Source: Podarcis vaucheri (taxonomy: Eukaryota). Taken from it: a DNA stretch of 64,000 bases. A program made the translations under genes and the position numbers. The DNA is taken from assembly GCA_965113315.1 (NCBI GenBank), contig OZ220363.1; one strand, written 5' to 3'. Below are positions 1-10,951 of the stretch, one piece after another. The notes beneath the pieces are model-generated. The model had not been told where the DNA came from and searched no databases. It saw only the letters and a program-made list of their open reading frames with translations. Positions within the stretch are counted from its first letter, which is position 1. The number at the start of each line of letters is the position of its first letter.

Positions 1-761
1 ATGCACATGACATCAGGACATCACATTGGGCCCCCTCAAATATCTGGAGAAGCTGGCCCCTCTGCCTGCAAAGCTTCAACTAAGTGGCTGCATAATGGGA
101 CTCAGACCAGAACTTGGGCCCTATGTTCCTGTTTTCCATACTTTATTAGTGTTTCAGGGTTGCAACATATCCTTTGCTTGCAATGGATGAATAAGAGTTT
201 ATTGCAGATTCAACTAAGTTGTTTTGGGGTTAGTTTGTTTTTTGCAACTGTGACCCCATATATTACACAGGCTGATCCCACTCCTGTGTTTTTGTTTCCC
301 TTGTTGAAACCCTCTTCTGGTCCTCAGGAGACATTTCTTTATGGTTCTGGCTGCTTTATAGGACAGAAGTTAGGGGGTTTTGTACCATGCACAGGATTTG
401 GGTGATAATTTCCACTTTTGTAGCAGAGGCAGCCGAATATGCAAATACAATCAGATCTGCATATCTAGCCACCAGGGAGAGAACACATTAAATGTTTCTT
501 ATTGGCATTTAATATGATCAGGGATTTAAACAGCTCTGGCTGGCTTTATTAGATGCATTATTGGTGAGTTTCAGGGAGACTTGTTATCACTGACAATGAT
601 TTATGAGTTCCTGAATTTTACAACAGATTCATCTGTTTGTAACGTTGGTGCAAAATTGTTTCCTTATTTCTTCACATCAAGGAATAACACAAGAATAGTT
701 GTCTGTATGTGGTGGGCATTGCCAATGACGTCCAGACTTTTGATCACCACAGAGCTTATAC

Positions 762-1086
762 CAGTGGTTCCCAAACTTTTTTGGTTCCATAAACTCACTC
801 CCAATGCTGCTTACTGTACCTTAGGAGAAGCTTTATTAGTACTTTGCATGCCCCACTAAGGAAGATAATAACACAATAAAATTGAAAGCAGTAACAGTTA
901 TTTGCAAATTTATTAAAAATCCAGTTGAAACTATTTAGTTTAGTTAATTCAACGAAATTGATTAGTTTGATCCAGATATATCAGCTGCTCAAAATCTGAT
1001 TGTCATTTACACTTCCACTGCTTCCCTGCTGCCCCCTTGCCTCTTAACACCCCCCCCAGTAACCCCCCCCCCTTTGGGAACCACTG
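762..1086. mobile_element. Non-autonomous hAT (Charlie-like) DNA transposon
   Basis: 14-bp TIRs CAGTGGTTCCCAAA...TTTGGGAACCACTG. 8-bp TSD gcttatac / gcttagtc (6/8). Confidence 0.75.
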
Positions 1087-1191
1087 GCTTAGTCCTTGAC
1101 AGTCAGCTGGGTTGGGGTCAATCAAAGACTCGTGATCTTTCTAGCTGAGCATATATATCTTTAATGGCATTCCTCTTGTATCGTGTTTTAG

Positions 1192-4100
1192 ATGCAGTCA
1201 ACCTACTACCTGCAGGGTCTGCACCTCTACATCCCCAACATCTTTCAGAAGAGTCAGCAGAACAACAGCTCTTTCTCAGTGGCCGCAGATGGTCACTACA
1301 CGGTAGGCCATGAGAAACAATGCTAGACCTTGAGAAGATGGTGTAAGACTGTCCAGCCCAGACGACGGAGCTTGTGCCAAGCTCTGTGCTTTAAGAAGGG
1401 GACGAGCTGTGGTGACTTGGGTCACGTTGTGACAAATGTGGCATCCACCACAACAAATGTCTCTTTTAAGTGGAGGAGATATGGGTGCTCAACAGCTCCA
1501 GTAAATAGGCTGATCCTGTGGTGAATGTGTTAAGGAACAAGAGGGCTTCTTCAGGGAAGGGACATAAAGCAACAGCCTGGTTCTGCCCAGAGCAACATTC
1601 CTCCTCCTCCTCTGGAACAGCCCAGGCACAACCCCTATTTTTATAGGCAGAATAGCTGCTGACAAGCTGCATGTGACTCTAGCAATAACAGGCCTCAGAC
1701 ACCACAAACAGAAGAGAAATTGTTCCACTTCCCCTCAGGCCCCAAACTGTGTTGTGCTAAGCTAAGGGGAAAGTTGAGATAGGAGTAAGGATGGGAGGCA
1801 TATGCAGGAGAGAATGAGGGATTTTGGGAACAGAACTCAGGCATTCATGTTGGCTTTGGACTTCTTTCTTAAGGGAATGCCCTTCTATTTCATGAATAGG
1901 AAGAAGTCTCTTTTATTTGAAGGACTTAAACGGCATTGATTTCTCCCCCCTCCCATCCTTTCTGATATTGCTTGCCCATCTCCTCAGCTTGGTAGCTGTG
2001 GTGCTTTTATTACTGTTTCTCAACTTCATTCTGGGGAAAGCATCCTTAGAATATGCAGCCATGATCCATATAGTGGTCTCTGGAAATCTGTTGAAAAAAT
2101 GGATGTGTTGGTTCATTTCCTTCTTGCAGGGAGCCAACCATATGCAGAGATTGCCATGAACAGGACTCTGCTTTTTGCACACTCTGTAAAACACTCTGTT
2201 GTGGGGAATATGATAAAAGCACGATCATGTAATTGGATTGCTTGTATACAACCAACCCATGATAATCAGGAGTGAGAAAGCACACAGTGATATTGGGCAG
2301 CCACTACATGTTTAAAAGGGATGCGGGTGGTGCTGTGGTCTAAACCACAGAGCCTAGGACTTGCCGATCAGAAGGTCGGCGGTTCGAATCCCCGCAACGG
2401 GGTGAGCTCCCGTTGCTCGGTCCCTGCTCCTGCCCACCTAGCAGTTTGAAAGCATGTCAAAGTGCAAGTAGATAAATAGGTACCGCTTTGGCAGGAAGGT
2501 AAACGGCACTTCTGTTTTCTGCTCTGGTTCGCCAGCAACAGCTTAGTCATGCTGGCCACATGACCCGGAAGCTGTCTGCGGACAAACGCCGGCTCTCTCG
2601 GCCTATAGAGCGAGATGAGCATACAACCCCAGAGTTGTCCATGACTGGACCTAACGGTCAGGGGTACCTTTACCTTTACTTTACATGTTTTGAAGGTTGT
2701 ACCAATTGGCCACGGCAGTCAGGGACAGTTGACACAACCAGACTAGTGCATTCAAAAATGTTAGTTGAGCAGAAGCAGTCCTGTGGTTCCTTCATCAGTT
2801 TGCAACTCAACCCACTTACCACAGCAGGGCAGCCATTCCTGGCACAGTAAATAAGGGTGGGATTGTGAGGGGTGAGTATTTGGGAGAAGCAATGACACCA
2901 AGTGTTGAAAGTGGTTGCTGAACTCTGCATGGACCCACTCACTGTGACAGCATGGTGGTGTGTAAAGTCCCTTTGCATCTCCATAGAATCCAAGCCTATT
3001 GCAGGACATCCCATCAAACAGGTGTTCCCACATCCACTAGCTCCATAGAAGTGTCAATGGTATCTGTAAGCAGAGCTTTTTTTCAGCTGGAACTCACTGG
3101 CACTTAGTTCCAGCACCTCTCAAGTGGACACCATAGCCATTATAAGAGAATAAGAGAGGCATTCATGGTGAGTTCCTGCACCTCCTCTTCTAGAAAAAAC
3201 AACTGTAAATATATCTGAAGTGTGGTCTGTCTCTCTCTCTCTCTCTCTCTCCAGTTCCCAGATGCCTGGCTCCTTCTAGCTAATGTGGTGGTTCTGCTGG
3301 TCCTGGTACCACTAAAGGACCGGGTCATAGACCCATTCCTGGCAAAGAGGAAGCTATTGCCTTCAGCACTGAAGAGGATGGCTCTAGGCATGTTCTTTGG
3401 GCTTGCCTCAGTTGTTGTTGCAGGTGAGTCATATATTCATCTGTATCAATCCCAACCGCTTCCAGACAGGCCCCCTGTCAGGGGCATAGGCGAGGGGGCG
3501 CGTGCGCACAATTGGCTAAAAATATGTCCATAAATATGTCTATAAATAAAAATATTGATTATTGCCTCATAAGAAAAGATTTTAAATAAAGGATCTTTAT
3601 ATGATATGTGGGGCCCTGTTTTCCCCTATTTTTTCCTGCCCCACATTCCTTTTTCTTTAAATTTCTGTGGCTAGGGGGTGCAATCTGGACAGTTCTGCCA
3701 GGGGTGCAAAATCACCTAGCTATGGCTCTGCAGGAAGGTAGTTCCAGGGGTGGAGGAAGGAGGGTGCTGTAGTGCTGGACCGTCCCGGGTGTCACCGCTG
3801 AGGGGGGTGACAAAATGCCAGGCGCCACTCACCGCAGGGCCTGCAGCACGCCCAAGTCACGCATCTCTCCTGGGAGAGACGTGGTGGCTTGGGTGTGCTC
3901 AGGCTCCCACACTGCCCAAATGGTCCGCCCGCCACCTCCCCCTCAGCTGTGGGGCAGCTGAGTGGGAGGAGGCAGGCAGACGCCTCAGAGGCCCCGCAGA
4001 GCGTCCTGCCCCAGCTGGCCCCACCCAGCAGGTGGCTGGTCCCGCCCCTGGGTGCAGGGAACACGCACCGCCCCAGGCGCCCAATTGGCTTGCTCCGCTG

Positions 4101-7100
4101 CTGGGTAGCTCCAAGTGGCAGCCAATCATTGCTCTTCCATTCCATTCCATCTACCACTGCAATTGCAATGGACTTTACGTATCTCACTGTGTTTAGTCCT
4201 CATCAATGGACATGAGTATTGTGAATGGAACCATTTGAAACTCAGCACACATTCACTATAACCCTTGTGGGTGCCATTATAACCCCATGTTACTTTATAA
4301 ATTGATGTTTTAATTATATCACTAAAACACCTATCCAAGTTTTATTAAGAACATTGAAAGAGATAACAGGGGTAGTACACCATACTGCTGTAATACTTCA
4401 GTAATGTTCTGACCCTACATTATAGTGTTATAATGCAAGATCTTTCTTTCCTGGTTTTTTTTAATGTTATCCCTGGAAACACATTTTAGTGATAATTAAA
4501 ACAAAAACAAAAACAGAGTAATAAAATGGTGCTCACCACAAATATTATAAATAATAAATGCATGCTGAGCAGTGATAGGTTCAATCTCTCAATATGTTAC
4601 TGTCCCACATCAAACCCCCACTCTTTAAGAAAGATGGAAGAGTAGCACTAAACACATCTACACATGTAGAGATTGTGCTGCTTTCCCATTCTTCGGGGGG
4701 GGTGTGTGCGGAGCTGGGCATTCTGTGTTCTGAGGGAAGATGGAAGAATAACAGGAAAAATAGAGGAAGACAATAACGGGATGGCGATGCTTCCTGCAGA
4801 AAGTGACTGACTAATACACAGCAATTCTAAAGTAAATGCCTCATAAGGGAAGCACTCCCCAGTTCCTATTCTTAGAGTAAAACCAGTTGAGCCCGAAGTA
4901 TAAAAGATAATAGGTTTATCAGCCACCTTGCTCCAATAGAATCAGAAACAAGGCTTCAGGAATAAGGAATGCTATTTTATCAGTTCCAGGAATCAATTTG
5001 TATTTCATGAAATAGCATGCATTACAGTTGTCCTGTGATTATACTACTTCACAATGCAGATGGGGGATTGTAGGTTTCTGAATTCCTCTACCATGTAAAC
5101 AACAACAACAAACAATAAAAACTCAGTTACCAGCACTTAAAAAATAGCACCCTGGGGAGAAAGCTAGGCTGTAACCCTGCATTGTGACATGTTATCCTTC
5201 CTTGTGAAGGGAACCTTTGTTACAAAGTGCATTCAGTCATGCCATACACACACAAATACATACTACTCACTTACTACTAGAAGGACTATACAATCTGTTT
5301 TTTTCTGAAGACCTGCTCTGAGTGTTGCAGTCCAGATGTCCAGGTTGCGATGCAAATGTCAGGATGCTTTAGCCAGTGCTGATTGCCCACTAGGCCTGGC
5401 AATCATCAGCACAAGCTGTGCAGTCCGTATAGCTGCTTCCCCACAGTGTGCGCAGGGGTGCCCCAGGTCAAAGACGCCAACGTTTCCCTAGCACATTTTC
5501 TGCCTAATGAGCATTACTGTGGCCAGTTGGCATCATCAGGGCATGCTCACAATATATAGATATAGATTCATTCCAAACCCTGGCAAGGCTTTGTGGAGCA
5601 GCAGGGCCATCTTCCATGGCTGGAAGATGGAGAAGGGCAGGACAATTGCTGCATCAGCCCAGCACAAGAGGAGGGGAAATTAAATTGCTCTCCCCCTTGT
5701 TAGAAAGGCCCGACCCGGAGGCCAGTTGGAAATTCCTGCAGAAGCATCTAATGACCCAGTTCTGGACATTTGCAGCATCTGGGAAACTCCTCCAGAACTT
5801 CACGCTGTTGCTGACATTTAATGTCTTGACTGGGAGCGAGACTGTACAGTTTCCCTGGTTGTCTTATGTAAACCCAGTTTAGTCATGAGATGCCTGGCCT
5901 GGTCTGAGGAGTCAGGAGCCAGCTTTGCCCTCACAGTGAAAGGACAATTAGGAACGCCTCCGTATAACTGAAACACCATGTATGTTCCATTCTTCCCTCA
6001 TGCTAACGAGTTTGTGGGTGCCAGGCACCTCTAATCCCTGGATCCAGGGTTCAGGAAACTTGATTAAAATATAAGCCAGGCTAGCTTCTTCATGAGGTAA
6101 TCACCATCAAGAGAGAACAAAGGAAAGGTGATGAGCCATTAAGAAAGCAGTGGAGAGGGGGCTCTGTGCCAGATTGCAAATGGGTGGGGCTCTTAGATAG
6201 TGAGAAGGACAAAGCCTGTTTCTTAGAGAGCAGCGCTTTTTGTGGAGTGACCTAGAATAGGGGAAAAGTTGCAGACTGGAAAGGCAGAGCGAGAGAGAGT
6301 CATGGCTGATTTCTGCTTGAATCCAAGGCTGTGGCTATGGGAGAAACAAGACCCCTCTGAGGTGTTAATGTTGTGAACCTTTCCATCGTAGGCTCAGGTT
6401 GCATATATGTGTAAATAACCATATTTCATAAAGACACCACCGTCTCCACTGTGCCTCATTTACAAAAGGAAACAGGCACCAGGTAAGCATCTGGAACCCC
6501 TGGAATCTCACACTGCTCAGTGATTGGGGTGGCATGCAACTTTATGTTCCATTCTTTCCTGACCCCCTTTTGTGCTGCACTACCTGTCTCTCAGTCATTA
6601 TGACCCTTGAATAACCATTTACACCTCTTGCAATTGTGGCATGATAAGGACTGATTGAAACAGCAATCTGAGGAGGAGGGGAGATACATTTGAAGCATTC
6701 ATTGGCAAACGGGAAAGTGCACAGAAGTGTACCACATGGCTCTCTTTTAAGCTGTTAGCTGGTGGAATACTCTCATTAAAGGAACAGCAAATGGTCCTGT
6801 ACACACAGAGGCATGGCCTATGATTAAATATATCCCATCTGTGAAATGCATCCTTGCTATGGGTCTAAAGGTTGCTTCTGCTCAATAGGTGTTCTGGAGT
6901 CTGAGCGTCTGAAATACGTGAACAACAATGGGACCATCTCACAGAGAATTGGGAAGGATGTTTACAATGCAGCCCCGCTCTACATCTGGTGGCAAATCCC
7001 TCAATACCTGCTCATTGGAATCAGCGAAATCTTTGCCAGCATTCCTGGTAAGCAGCACAGAAGAGTTTTCTATGGCACTAGCAAGCCTGGAACTGCACAC

Positions 7101-7837
7101 AAGGGGAAAAGCTGCTGGGAGGGGGTCAATGGAAGCCTAAATACAGTAATGGTTTATGGAGCCTTGAACAATGGTTTTAAAATAGCTGGTACTTGCTCTT
7201 CTGGTTAACTAACACTCCTTCCTCCCAGGGCTGGAGTTTGCCTACTCAGAAGCTCCCAAATCCATGCAAGGAGCCATCATGGGTCTCTTCTTCTTCATTT
7301 CCGGTGTGGGATCACTTTTAGGATCTGGCCTCCTGACATTGCTCTCTTTGCCGGCCGATGGCTGGATGCACTGCCCAGAGGATTTCGGTAAGTGATACAA
7401 CATCTGCTGCCCTTTAGCTACAAGTAGCAGGTAAAATCAGACTGTAGGGCCTCTTGACATGCCCCTCCTAGGGTCTGGGCTTTGGCCTATGTCCGAGTTA
7501 TAACAGCAGGGCAGTGTAGGCAAGAAGGGAACCTGGTGTGTCTGAGAGGTTGCAAAGAAGGTATGTTGTCAGGAGGCTGCTGTAGACAGAGAATACGAGG
7601 AAAGAATTGCCTGGAGTGGTGAATGCTGCAGTCCCTGGCAATGGGACTCCCTGCTGCTGGCCTGCTTTGTGTACACTAATGGCGCTCCCTTTTTCTCCCC
7701 TAGGGAACATTAACAAATGTCGGATGGATTATTATTTCTTCCTGCTGGCCGGGATTCAGACAGTAACCTGTGTCCTCTTTGTCTGGATCTCCATCCGCTA
7801 TGAGCGCCTCCGCTCTGCTGGCCGCGAGGGCAACTAA
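1192..7837 (+). CDS. SLC15A3: Solute carrier family 15 member 3 (POT/PTR2 peptide-histidine transporter), last five coding exons; 5' part lies upstream of the window
   Basis: Exons 1192-1302 ([18 protein letters not shown]...), 3255-3423 ([27 protein letters not shown]...), 6889-7047 (...[22 protein letters not shown]), 7229-7387 ([21 protein letters not shown]...), 7704-7837 ([18 protein letters not shown]...TAA). All AG/GT flanked, with consistent phases. POT-family motifs present. Position next to TMEM132A favours SLC15A3 over SLC15A4. Confidence 0.95.
2318..2681 (+). mobile_element. Full-length Sauria SINE (lacertid type)
   Basis: tRNA-like head with B box GGTTCGAATCC, Bov-B-like 3' part and (ACCTTT)n tail. 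Flanking repeat tacatgttt at 2305-2313 and 2682-2690. Confidence 0.9.
3071..3205. mobile_element. Short MITE-like DNA element
   Basis: Imperfect termini CAGAGCTTTTTT...AAAAAACAACTG and an internal repeated AGTTCC-GCACCTC motif. No clear TSD. Confidence 0.45.
3730..4620. mobile_element. Probable DNA-transposon remnant with GC-rich subterminal region (limits approximate)
   Basis: Abrupt CpG-rich block 3770-4120 inside an AT-rich intron, GTGTCACC...GGTGACA inverted motif, hairpin at 3846-3899, then AT-rich internal sequence. Confidence 0.4.
5983..6541 (+). mobile_element. Solo LTR-like element (about 560 bp)
   Basis: Short inverted termini TGTTCCAT...ATGCAAC, LTR-like size, degenerate poly(A)-signal region near 6410-6435. 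Confidence 0.45.
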
Positions 7838-10103
7838 CATCCTCTGCCTTCTTCCACTGGGACTGCAAAGAGGCGCCAGTGTCCCCTGGATCTCAGCGTG
7901 CTGCAGAATCCCCACCACTGTAGCCTATATGGTTAACTGCTGGGACGTTGCAGAGGCCAATGGTATATAAAAGGATTAGAGAAATTAATTGGGGATAGAG
8001 CCGTCAGTGGCAGCCAGCCAAAGACGACAACTGCACGTTCAAAGTGTCATTAACGTCTTAGTTCTTGAAGCTGAGCCCGCGGAGCCCAAATTAATTATCC
8101 CGGGATATAAGCCACTGTGACTAAGTCACACGGACCCATTCTCTGACCTGGCAAAGCTGCTCTTGCTCCTGTGAGTACTTGGCATTCCTTTTGCAGCTCA
8201 GCTGTCCTTTTCGGTGGCGGGATTAAACCCCAAAATAAGAGAAGAGTTCTCCCTGTATCTCTCCTCCCTCTACCCCCTCCCTCCCCCATGCCCAAGCCAA
8301 TGACAAGACCATTCTATCTTTAAGGCACTGTGCAGCCTTCTTGAAAGTCACCTCCTTGGGGAAATTATTCCCTCTGGCCAAGGGTGAGCGTAGCAAATGG
8401 AGATGTAGCTGGTGATGGGTTAAGACATCAGATATATACAGCAAAGCTTTTCATGCAACGAGATCTGGTGTGGAGGGATCTACAGTCCTCTTCTGAGAAT
8501 GGACATGGCCTTTAAGGTGTGCACCATCAGTTACTGAGAGCCAGTTTTGTCACAGAGAAAACAACACCTCTTGCCCCGCTTCTGTGGGGCATGCCTTCTG
8601 TTGCATGAAAAAAGGAAAGTGGTGGCCTGGGATGTGAAGAGCACAACAGTGTTCATGGGATGGGCCCAGAGAAGATGGAAAGGAATGGCACTTGTGGAAT
8701 GGGGACTTCCTGACTGCTCCCTCCCACCTCACGGCATCCCTTAGACACAAACATCCAGCAATGGCAGGGACTGCAATGGGACACGGAAATCAGAGGAATC
8801 TGACAGGGATGTCTTGGGGAAGCTTTAAGTACTTTAAGACCTCTGTGGATCCAAGCACTTGTATTTTGAACTTATGCAATGTGAACCTATGTCACTTCAT
8901 TTTACATGTGGGGAATACAGGGATAGATTTATATTGTGGAATGGAAACATTGGTCACTTTCAATTAAAAAAAACAATCACCCAATGTGTTTCTGATCCTC
9001 TCACTGAACAAACTTCACTTGCAAACATGAGCCAGCACAAAATCTAAAATAATGTTTCGATAATTGCTTTAGTAAGCTTTCTTGTGGCCTTTTAAGTCCA
9101 TCTCAGCATTCCTTTTGGAATGCAAAGAAGAGTAGAATTATCTTTGCAATGCCAAAACCCCAAAAGTGAAAAGCTGGTTTCTGTGTGGAAGAAGCCTGGC
9201 ATAGATGTGGGTCAAAGGCAACAGGTTGTTCCTAGTGTGGCATCTTTAACTTAGTAGGGGCTTTGATCTGGACCACAGCAGCAATTGCACCCAGCTGGGC
9301 TGGATTCCGCTGCAGCTCGTGTCAGCTCAGTGTGTTGGATTTGCTCTTCAGCTGTTGTTATGAATTTTTAAAATTAAAATCAATGCCAAACTCCCTATAG
9401 AAACAGTCTGTGCTTGACAAGACTCCCATAGAATCCTAGAGAGAAGTTCCACGGGGCCTCATCTTACTTTTCCTGGTAATATGAAATCTAATCCTAAATG
9501 ATTTATGACCAGTGGGCCTGTAGCTTATCGGCATATTTGAGGAGTGACAGGAGGACGGAAGGTGGCAGTTGGAAGGGCCTCCCACAGAGACAAGTTTCAA
9601 CAGCGCAGAGGAGGAGGGGGCTCCTGTCAACTCAAAATCGCTGCATGGAGGAGGGTTTTTTTGGCAGGTGTCTCCTGCAAGGATGGGAAAACGGTACTGG
9701 CTGAATTTCCTTCCATACAGGGAAAAATTGGTGGTAGGATAGCATCAGTTCTAGGTTGGGCAAGACACCCCTTCTGCACTGAGTCCAGCCCCTCATCACA
9801 GTTCTCACCAGCTGCTGCCCCTCTTCCTCTTCTGCCTCCTCCTGCTACCACCTGCTTGTTAGCTGCAGAAAGCCAATGAGCACCCAGGCAGGTGAATAAG
9901 CAAGTAGGTTGCAAAGGTGGAGGAGGAGGTGTGGCCCCCTGGCAGACGACTGACTGGGCCGATCCCTCAATGCTGGTCCTCCTCCTGAGTGCCTGACCTG
10001 AATCTGGCTAGAAGGGAGTGTTGCCCATGACCAACCAAGCAAGGAAAGCACAAGCAAGCCATCAAGTCCAAAACACAGAAACCTTCGTCATTTTCAATTA
10101 TCC

Positions 10104-10116
10104 TTTATTTTTTATT
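10104..10116 (-). terminator. Tandem AATAAA poly(A) signals of TMEM132A
   Basis: TTTATT at 10104-10109 and 10111-10116 on +, about 840 nt past the stop codon. Confidence 0.75.
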
Positions 10117-10951
10117 AACAATGTAAGAATTAAAAATCTTCCATAAATAAAAGGACTTGCCTGGCAGCCTCCCAATACTACAGGTATAAAATATGAGCGA
10201 TTGTACAAAACTGTTAAAAGACACCAGGCACACAGCTGGGGTGAAAAAGGACCGGCCGGTGCTTGCTGGAGTTCTGCCCTTGCCCGGCTTGTTTTTCTTT
10301 TTTTGGAGGTGGGGTGTGGGAGTTGCGGGGAGGGGAAGAGCCCCAGGCTCAAGACCACAGGAAGGAAGGGACACTCGCTGTTCAAACCACCACAATGGAC
10401 ACAAACTGGCAATGAGGGTCAAAGCAATAAGGGAGGTCTGGGGGAAGGAAGGCACCCCCACTGGCCCCCAGGATCCCCCTCCAGAACACACTGCAGTTGG
10501 CTTGCTCTGGGCAGCTGATTTCCAGCCTGCAAAGTCCTCAACCCCCCCCCCCCACTCTAGTTAGAAACCTCCTGGGGTGGGAGTAGGGGAGAAGCAACGA
10601 GGGCAGCCCAGGTTCTGTCCCCGCGAGGGAGAGGTAGCTCCGCTGAGGTCATAGCAGGAAGGGGAGGACTCCAACCCAGCACATCCCTCTCCGGCATGAA
10701 AAGAGAGTGGGCTTAGTGGTGCAGCCAAGGAAGGAGATCTCTAACATAGAGAGAGCAGCCAAGTATCCCTGGCCGAGTAACCCAAGGCTGGTTTCCTGTT
10801 GTGTAGAGCCCTCTTCAGAAAGGGGGGAAAGGGGAGAACGCCCAGCTGGATGACCCTAGGAGAGCACCCGGGGGGGGGGGGGAGCTTGCAGGTGCCAATC
10901 CCTTATTGGTTTGCCCCTATGGGTACAGGTGGGGCACGGGAGAGCCAGAGG

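Noticed and set aside
3750-4215. Overlapping 83-148 aa ORFs in an SLC15A3 intron
   Set aside because: They lie in a GC-rich repeat-like block with no splice or homology support.
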